A stretch of 64,000 nucleotides of DNA from Geosiphon pyriformis uo1 (Eukaryota; Fungi; Glomeromycota). How positions within the stretch are numbered: position 1 is the stretch's first letter; each line of letters begins with the position of its first letter. This document shows positions 37,435 through 47,350 of this stretch, one piece after another. Where the stretch lies: assembly GCA_016748015.1 (NCBI GenBank), contig JAAOMT010000786.1, positions 255,903-319,902 of the forward strand, read 5' to 3'. The notes beneath the pieces were generated by a model. That model saw only the letters and a program-made list of their open reading frames with translations. It had not been told where the DNA came from and ran no database searches. The translations under genes and the position numbers were made by a program.

Positions 37435-40400
37435 AATTAATCTATTTGCTAGGATCAGATTAATAATAATTAATTAAAATTCAATATATTATTGTTATTA
37501 TTGTTATTTAAACAAAAAACAACAAAAATAATATTATATTAGTTAATTAATTCATTAAAAATATTTAATAATAACAAAAAACAATTAATATTAGGATAAA
37601 ATAATTAGCAATAATATAAAATAATTAATAATAACATAAAATAATTAGCAATAATAAATTATAATTATTAAATTTTAATAAAATAACATTTTTACAAAAC
37701 TATTTTGTTTTTTAAAAATATATAAAAATACAAATAATATTATTTAACAAAAAAAATATATTTAAAAAAAGTTGTTTTTATTTTTAAGTTAAAAATTTTT
37801 TTTTAATTAAATAAAATATAAATATTTTTTTCTCTCCTTCGTCTAAAAATTCCCAAAAAGAGTCAAAAGTTTTTTTTTTTTTTTGAAAGAAGTTTTTTAC
37901 TATTCAGTACGATAAATCAAAACCATTTTTCGATTACGAGGCCACTGTTGGCTCTGTTATTGCTGTTATGAAAAAGACTGCTAAAGTTTCTGGTTCTGAG
38001 AGTGGTTTTAAAGCAGTTGCATCAAGGAAAAAGAGGAAGGGAGGTGTGTTGGCAGAGAGTGTTGATAATAGAAGGGTTGCTGCTGAAGTTCCTGGTGTTT
38101 GTTCATGGGGTTTGGAGACTGGGGACACTACTGAGTCTGAAAGTGTTGATATGGAAGAGGAATGTCTGGTGAAGGAAACCAGCTTTGATTATGGTGAAGG
38201 TGGAGCTCTGGCTGGTGGAGATTATGATCAGATGCCCACAAGTTCAAAGGTTAAAACCAAAAAGGCATTGGGCAAGCCATTGGGAAAGATTGACTTCTCA
38301 AAAGATGGTAGTGATGATGGTGTTCTCTCGGATGCTCCTCTTGAGCTCCCTCCTTCTGTGAAAAATTTGGTCAATGTTCCAGTCAGGAAATCATTCGCAT
38401 TGGATATTGGCTTGGATAAAGTGGCCGGCAAATCTTCTCAGGAAAAACTTGTGGTGGTGAGGAAGTTGTTTTCTGGAATCAATGGTTTTGGGGGGGCATC
38501 TACCCCCTCAAAATTCTCAGGGATCATCAGAGCGACATTCACTTCCGAATCGAGTTTAATGAAAGCTACTAATAAAGCTGTGAGTGTGAAGATCTTAGTA
38601 AACGCCGATCTCAAAAAAGCATCTGGGCAATCAAATTGGGCTGTGGTCGTAAAAGAAATTCCAGTTGAAACATCGGCTGAGGCTGTGCGCGCTGCACTAT
38701 CCGAGTTTGGAGTTATTAGGGCGATCAAGATGTAGTTAATTGGGCTGTGGCAGAAGGCAGTGGTGGAATTTGAATGATCGGATCAGGCTGATTTGGTCAC
38801 AGCTGAGTGGTCCATCTTAATCAAGAAAGATGCTGTATGTGTGGCTAAGGCTGATTCAAACAAGGAGGCATGGGATGTAAGGGACCAACATAAGGCACTG
38901 CTCTATACATTGCCGATGGGAACCAATGCTCATGATATCTGGGACTTTGTTAGATCTGTGAATGGGAAAACGTGCATCATTGATTGTCATTCTGTTATGT
39001 ATGCTTGGGCCAGGTGTGCTGTTGTTTGTTTCGACTCTGCTGAATCATTGGATGCTGCTGTGGGAACCATGCCAATACTCAGGAATACCAATCTCCGCTG
39101 GTCTTGTCTCATTTCTGCTAGATGCGCCAAGTGTGAGAAATTGGGTCACACGTTATTGGATTGTACAGTTGGTGGGAAATTGTCTTCTAGTAGTTCACTG
39201 TGTAGAGTTTTCTCAGATATGGATAAAAGCAGGCTGGCAACCATCTATGCTAAACGCTTGGCTCCAGTTGCCTGTCCAGTCTCTTTTGGTGGTCTCTCTT
39301 GGGCAAAGGTTGCTCGCAGGTCTTTTTCACTCCCCCTCTCTGGTCAGAATGTTGTGGTGACAAATGGCTCCTCTTCGGAGATGAAGCCGTCCCAACCGGT
39401 TACGATGGAAGTCAATGATAGGTTTGCCGCTCTTGAGCGCAGTCTCACAGAGCAAGTTGGTAAGCTGGCTAAGAGGTTGGATGCACTCGGGCCAACGGTT
39501 TCCCAGCCTAACCCTGGATGTTAGCTGTTGGTGACCCCTTTATCACAGGATCAAGGGGCGGATGTAGTGATGAGTGAGAGTTCAAGTGTGTCCACTAGTG
39601 GTGGGAATGTCGCGAGAGTGGTGTCTTTTGATATGTCTTTGGTGCCTAAGCTGGAAGACAGCATGAAGTGTCTAATGGAAATGGTTCTGGGCCTTTCGGC
39701 CAAAGTGGACAGTTTAGGTGCGCTTTCGGTATCTCTACCTCTTACTCAATGAGCAGTTTAGTCTGGAAAGTTGCTACGTGCAATGTCAGGAGCATGAACA
39801 ATTCCGCTAAGCAAGAAGACATTATTAGGTGGCATAAGAAAATGAACAATTTAGTCTTTATCGTTACTAAAACAAAATTAAAGAGTAGGATTCGTCTGTG
39901 GATTGCAGACAAGTTTGATGGTGTCCGAGTGTTCTCTTCTGGTTTGGACTCCAGTCACTTGGGTGTGGGTGTTGCTGTTATCATGGACGTTTTTTTGGCT
40001 CGTCATGTGTGCAAGGTTTCTGAGGTGTCTGGTCGGCTCCTTTTCATTAAATTACTTTTTAAGGGTAAACTTTCTGTGTCAATTTTGGGGCTTTATGCTG
40101 GTGCTTCTTCGATGGTTTGGTTCTCTCAAGCTGGTGAAATCAATTTTCTCATTGCAAAGGCTGTCAACGAATCTTTTTTCATCATTCTTGGTGGCAATTT
40201 TAATGAAAACAGCTCTCATAAAAGTGCAAGTTTCAAAAAATGCTTTGATTTGGGTCTGGTCAATTCTTTAGTTGGTAGCTCAGCTGCAAAAATGCCCACT
40301 TGGGAAAATTCTAGAAGTGTTAAGAAAACAATTGATTACATGTTTGTCTCTTCAAGTCTTGTCAATGCGATAGTGCATCGTGAAGTTTTGAATGTCAGTG

Positions 40401-43400
40401 AGCATTTTGACATGGACCATCAAGCTGTTTCGGTGGATTTGGGTTTGGGAGAGCTCTTGGATATGCATTTGAATTCTCTTCGCAAGCAAGCAAATAAAGA
40501 TCATTGGAAGTTTGACGTCAAAAGTGCCAATGAAGCTAAGTGGTTGGAGTTCAGGGAGGCTTCAGCTGCTAATGTTTTTATGTTCTCGGATGTTTTTGGT
40601 GTGGCAGTGAGATTTTCAGATGTGGACGCTATATGAAACATTGTTCGCAAGATTATGGTTCTTTCAGCGGGTGGTACATTTAAGAAAAAATGGTTCAAAA
40701 GTTTTGATGGCATGTTCACCAAGACTTCTTCTAGGTTTCACAAGCTGGAGCTGCTGGTTTCTAAGTTGGTCAAGGCTTCGCATTTGGCTTCTGGTGATGG
40801 TTTTGCTTCTTTGTTGGAGGTGTGGCACAGTCTCGACTCCCCTGGTGCGTCGGTGGTTAAGTCTCTTTTTCTTTCAGGTTCTAATTTTGATCTTATTCGT
40901 TCTGTACTGGCCAAAGCAAGAAAATCATATCGCTCCTCCAAATTAGTAGAATTCAAGCGCACTGAGGAATTCTCAATCAAATGGGCTATTGGTAAGAGGA
41001 TGGAGAGTTTTGAGCTGAACAAGGGTCACACCATTAGGAGTGTTTTGGAGCGTCCTTTTCACAAGGTGGTTCTGGATTATTTGGTTGTAGAAGATGAGTT
41101 GATTTTAGAGCCTGATTTGGTTAAGTCTAAGGTGGACAAAATTATGGAGGGATGGACCAGGAAATGTGAAGTGGTGCCTGACCTATCTGAGGAGTGGGCT
41201 CGTCAATATCGGCCTCTGGATTACGTGTTCGATGGTGCCTTCTCTGATGTCATGTGTTCGATTAGTTTTGATGAGTTGTCAGCTGTTGTTAAGGATCTTC
41301 CTGACGGAAAGGTGACTGGGCTTTCTGGTATCTCCAACAAATTATGGAAACATTGTGACAAATCTGTTTTGGATATGCTTTTGGTGCTTTTAAATTTCTG
41401 TTTGGTTGGCGAGTTGGTCTCTGGGCCTTGGAGAGAAGCTTGGGTTTCAATGATTTCTAAACCATATGAATGGGAGGGAGTTCTCACAAACATCTGTCCT
41501 ATAGCTTTAATTGAAATGGCCCGCAAGATTCTCTCCAAGATCCTTTTAGATAAGATCTCTCTGGCTTGCAGCACTTTTGATGTTCTTCGTGGGGACAATT
41601 TTTCAGTTTTGAAGAGTACAACGACTCAATCTCCCATTTTTGCTATCGGTTCTGTGGTTGAAGATGTCTTGGAAAAGAACCGTGAACTTTGGCTGGTTTT
41701 ACAGGACATGCACAAGACTTATGACTCGGTTGGTTGGGAACATCTTAAGAGGAGTCTAGTCAGGATCAAAATGTGTGACAGGTTTATTAGATTTTTTGGC
41801 AGTATTCACAATGGTCGCGTCAACAGAGTGATGACTGACTTTGGCTTGACTGATGAATATTGTGTCTATGATGGGCTGGATCAGGGAGAAGTTTTCTCGC
41901 CTCTTCTCTGGCGTATTTTTTATGATTCACTTTTGTGCGAGGTCAAGAGACAAGATAGTGTGTATGGCTACAGGTTGAATTCTCATTTTATATCAAGAAC
42001 TGGCCGGGTGGATCCTCAAGCTGGGCTGTCTTCGTTTCTTGCTGCCAGCGCTTTTGTCAATGATATTATCTGGGTTGGTAGCAGCCAGGCTGCTACACAA
42101 TGCATCCTGGATATTGCTAGTGAGTTTTTTAGGTTTAACAATATTTCTGTAAACAATGACAAAACAGTGGCCATCTCCATCAATTGCCGGGTGCTGGATC
42201 CTCATTTGACTATCAGTGGTGCGCCTATTTCTATTGCCAAGAGAAGGGAATCTCATCGCTATTTGGGTATTTTTTTGTCTTCTGAGGGTTTTTCGAAGTC
42301 TAGCTTGGCTAAGGCCCAGGCTGATGTTCGGTTTTTTGTGAATCTTGTTTTGAGAAAGGTGATTTCGGACAAACAGTGTGCATATTTGGTGTCTGCAGTT
42401 CTCTTCTCTATTATCAGCTACAGGACTCAGTTCAGTTTTGTTTCTGTTGGTGTTTGTAGTAAATAGGATGCTCTGGTTTGCAAGGTCTTAAAGTCCAAGT
42501 CTGGATTGCCACGTGATTTCCCCAGTGATGCACTTCATCACCCCTCTTTGTACAATTTAAAAACTTTCGAACAGATACAGGCTGAGAGTAAATTGGCCTC
42601 CATTGTTGCTTTTGCGAATTCTACTGGTGTTTTGGGTCGCTTGTTTTCTCATAGGTCTCATGACCTCCAGGTTCTCAGCTGGCGTCCTCGTCATCCTTTG
42701 CTGTTTCCGGCTCGTGTTGGTATCAGTCCCTCGGATAATTTTTTGGTGGGTGTGGTTTGCATTTTTTTCAGGTGTAATTTGTCTTTGGGAGGCCCTCTGG
42801 ATTGTGCTTTTTGTCGTCAGTGCGGTACTCCTATGTCTATGGTTTTTGGTGAATCCTGTTTTTTCAAGTGCGTCTCTTCGCTCAGGCATTATGGAATTGC
42901 TTTCGTGGAACAGCTTCGTGACCGTAATGGTGATGTTTTCAGTTGGGGGACCTTCAAGCACTGGAAGAGGCTGGATCCTCGTGGCCCAGTCCCTTTCTGG
43001 TTTGATCTTTCCGTTCACTTTCTTGGTGGTGTTGTTCTTCTCTTCTCAAGTTTTTCTTTAGTAGATGGTTATGCTGTGTCTGATATTCGTTTTTCTCATA
43101 ATTTTGGTGTAATTCGTGACACTTTGCTGACCATTGATGCTGCCCACCTTTCTGTGTATACGGATGGGTCTCTTTCTGGTCTGGGCACTGTTGACATGAG
43201 AGTAGGTGCTGCCGTTTTTTTTGAGGACATTAACTTGGGTTTGGGTGTTGGGGTGTCTGGTTTGGTTTCTTCTACTCTGACAGAACTGCAGGCCATAGCT
43301 TTGGCTTTTGAGTGTGTTCCTTTTTCTCGTTCGATTGACTTATTCTCGGATAACCAGGCTGCTTTAGATGCATGTAGGTCAGAGTCTTTGCTGGTTTGTC

Positions 43401-45144
43401 TGGATTTCAGGAATCACTGTTGGATTGAGCGTCATCACATTGCCACTGTTATTCGTCAAAAGAATTTGGATGTGAATTGGGTTAAGGTGAAAGGTCATTC
43501 AGGTGTCTCAGGCAACGAGCATGCTGATGCGTTTGCCAAGGGTGCCACTCTCTCTGCTTGGCGCCTACCTCATTTAGTCAGTGAACATTTTCTATGTGCT
43601 GGTGGTATGGCAGTTTCTGGTAATTCTAGGCACTTTGTTTGTGATGTTTTCTGGTCAGTTCATCGAGCTCATTGGGAAGTTGGAGTGAGTTCTCATTTTG
43701 TGGATGATAGTTTGTGTGTTGATGTCAACTGGTCTAAGTTTTCTATGGTATGACACCCTGATTCTCACTTGGCATCCAGTTTTACTAGCATGCACACAGC
43801 GGGATGTCGTACTTACTTTATGAAGGCTCTCCATCATCGGCTTTCTGTTGCTGTTGTTACAGTTTAAGAATTTAGAAAAAAGAATCATAAAAATAATACA
43901 AACTATTCAATCATAATATAGCACAGTAATAATCTTAGAAAGGTAATGATTAACATAGTAGCAAACACCATCTCGCGATAGTGGCAAGCACCAGTTCACA
44001 ATAGCAGCCAACACCAACTGGTGATAGCAGCAAACACCAGGTTGAAATATCAAAAAGAAAGTATTTTCTCATAGAACTACAAACATGTATATATACAGTA
44101 GTTTTAATATTGGGAAATAATCAATCAAGTAATAAAAATCATAACTTATCAAGCAATAGATCCAATTTTATCCAACAAACTCCACTTTAAATCATACTTT
44201 CAAATTAAATATCCCAAGAAACCTTTAAAATCAAAAAGAAATGAAAAAAAATATTTAAAACTGAACTATCACAACCCAAAGTATTAAGAAACTTACTTGT
44301 ATTATTTATTGAATGAAACTATCATTCATCAACTGAATCTCTTGGAAGAATAATCCTTGATCAAAATTATTCACGTTGTTACTAATTGATAAAAGCTTTA
44401 TTGTGAGAATTAGAAAAGCGCTAAAGACTATTAACATTCTGTGTTTCTAGATTAGAGAAACACATCAGGCAATTGCAAGGATAGCCTCAGAGAAGACCCC
44501 AGACAGTAGGTAGATTTCAGTTCAGCCTCTGAAAAGGAGTACATAAACACACACAACAATCAAGAATTAAAGAATAACTTACATCGCAACAGTAAAAAGA
44601 AAGCCTTCAGTATAACAGTAACATTATCACACAAATAGAACTGAGGAACTCACGAAAGACTGATTGCAATTAAAGCGGAATATTAGCAATTAAATATAAC
44701 AAGAAAACCATCCNNNNNNNNNNNNNNNNNNNNNNNNNNNNNNNNNNNNNNNNNNNNNNNNNNNNNNNNNNNNNNNNNNNNNNNNNNNNNNNNNNNNNNN
44801 NNNNNNNNNNNNNNNNNNNNNNNNNNNNNNNNNNNNNNNNNNNNNNNNNNNNNNNNNNNNNNNNNNNNNNNNNNNNNNNNNNNNNNNNNNNNNNNNNNNN
44901 NNNNNNNNNNNNNNNNNNNNNNNNNNNNNNNNNNNNNNNNNNNNNNNNNNNNNNNNNNNNNNNNNNNNNNNNNNNNNNNNNNNNNNNNNNNNNNNNNNNN
45001 NNNNNNNNNNNNNNNNNAACTGTCACTCAAACAATAAAAAAACAACGTATTTATTCACCAGAAGATAAATCATACCATTTTTCACCAGAAAATAAGATAC
45101 AAATTCTATTAGGAGCTGCATCATCATCAACATCAACTCCACAA

Positions 45145-47350
45145 ATGCCAAGAACTCCTAGTTATATTGATAAAATTAAACAACATAACTGGAGAGACAT
45201 ACCAATTACAGGAGGATATTCATCACTATTCCAAAACCCTCTTTTTCAGCCAAAATTTAGAACGGGGTTTGAAAACCATGAAGAGGAGTCTGAATCAGAA
45301 TCTGAAAAAGAGACCAGCAAAAAAACAATCACAAGACCAGTCACTGGAACAAGCAGCCAGTCCAGAAACCAAGAAATTCGTAATCAAGAGGAAAAACCAG
45401 ATATAAGGGAAGCCACCTTTAGGAACGCTCAAGGAAATATTATCCCACCTCCTCTTAGACCAATAAACCCACCAGCAGAAAATGGCAACGAAATGACCAC
45501 ACCATACATTGCAAGACTAACAGATTTCTTAGGAGAGGAAGAAGAAACGGACGTGCACACATGGCTCAGAGAAGCACAAAAAGCCATCCAGGCAAATAAC
45601 TGGAACGACCAAAGAGCAATTCAAACATTACCTTTCTTCCTGAAAGGCACAGCCAACTCATGGTATCAAAGCCTGGAAACAAAACCCACGAGCTTCGCTG
45701 AATTTAAAAATGCACTCCTGGAGTATTTTAGCGACCCAAACGCCGTAATCCAACTACAGAACGAATTCAATACTATTAAGCAAAATACCGGTGAAACTGT
45801 CACCCAATACCTTGTTCGATTCAATCGAATTCACCGTCAGATTGAAGCGATTGAACAAGAATACTACACTGATCCTCAGGTTTTAAATCAGTTTATTAGA
45901 GGATTAAAAAGCAGCATTTTAGGAAGAGTACGCCCTGCCCACCCTAATTCCTTACCAGAAGCCGTTACGCTCACCAGAGCCCTTGAATCGGCTGAGAAAG
46001 AAGCTAACCATAGTCAAATGGTTAACATGGTAATGGAGGAAAATAAGACAGAAACATTAGAGAAAAGAGTAACGTGATTAGGGGAGGAACTCTCTAAGAA
46101 AATAGAAAGTTATCTCATTTCGGATCCGAGAAAAAATACATACCAACCACCCCAAAGACACAGCCAGGAAGTCAGCGACAGTCGAAATAATCGTCCATCG
46201 CGCCAGGAATTCAGAACAGAAACACGCGCCTGCCATTTTTGCAAACGCATAGGACATTTGATTAGTCAATGTCGAACGCGAATGATGCAGAAAGCACGCG
46301 AAAATAATTACTACGCGCCACCCCAAATGCCCAGAAACCAGTACACACCAATATCCCTCCACGTATCAAAATCAAAGAGCTTACCAGCAACAGCCCATGA
46401 TAGCCAACCCGAATTGGCGTCCCGAGGCCCGAAATCAGCCCATGTGGAACCAGAATGCATTGGTCCAGAGGAATCCAAACCGCGCCGGAACCAATCAACA
46501 AACCAATCCAAACTACCAAAATTATTAACAAACTTACCTTAATATACTGGAAAACCTGATCATCGGAAACAATGACGGTAGAAACATAAACAGAACCAAG
46601 AATTCCTCCAAATTGAGCCAGACAATACCACCAGCAGTTGCCACCGAAGATAGCAGCCTCACAGCTATTTTTCCTTTTGAATTAGAGGAAAACGAGGCTA
46701 TGTTCAGTGGAGCAGCATTGGACGAAAAACACCCAATCACTGCTATGTATACGGAAGCCACTGTAAACAATACTCCAATCAAACTTATCTTAGACAGCGG
46801 ATCCGCTGGAAGCATTGTAACGCTTCAACTAGTAAACCAACTGGGTTTCAAAGTTGATTGTGCCGTGACGTCCCAAATCATAACAGCCGATGGAAGTACA
46901 AAGCTGCCTTATGGCGAAATTGACTTATTCCCTTTCGAAATTAACGGCATAGTAATATCTACAAAAGTATTAGTAATAAACACTACACAATATTAAGCAT
47001 TAGTAGGGAATGACTGGCTAACAAAAGCCAACGCCACTCTAGACTGGACCACCCAAGAGCTTCTGATCAATTATAATGGCCACCAGACCAAAATTCCAGC
47101 CACCTGTGGCCACTTCCAAAAACCCAGTGCCAACCAAAGACCTACCTTCGAATTTGAGGAAAATCCAGCACTACCAGCCATCGAAACCTATCAGTTCTCT
47201 TGGGCTGATGACCAAAGAACAGGACTACCAGCCATACCAACATGGACCAGCAAAGAAAGATCCGAATAAAACCAGGTAAGTTCACGAAGAAACCACCAGC
47301 GACGCAGACCAAAGCTAGAATGCTCGGTTTGCAAGAAGAAACTCTCGTCT
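45145..47350 (+). pseudogene. C gag and protease
   Basis: Capsid-like region WLREAQKA...QVLNQFIRGL, knuckle CHFCKRIGHLISQC, protease LILDSGS. An 11-bp deletion relative to D near 46350 shifts the frame. Confidence 0.88.

Noticed and set aside
37800-37830. Target-site duplications of the LINE copies
   Set aside because: The flanks are low-complexity A/T, so no unambiguous duplication can be read.
43955-44045. Constant 16-nt + variable 7-nt repeats resembling a mini CRISPR array
   Set aside because: The unit is only 23 bp, lies inside LTRs, is near-identical in three LTR copies, has no cas genes nearby, and the context is eukaryotic.
44670-45045. ORFs made of X residues (also 50934-51254)
   Set aside because: Artefacts of N gaps.
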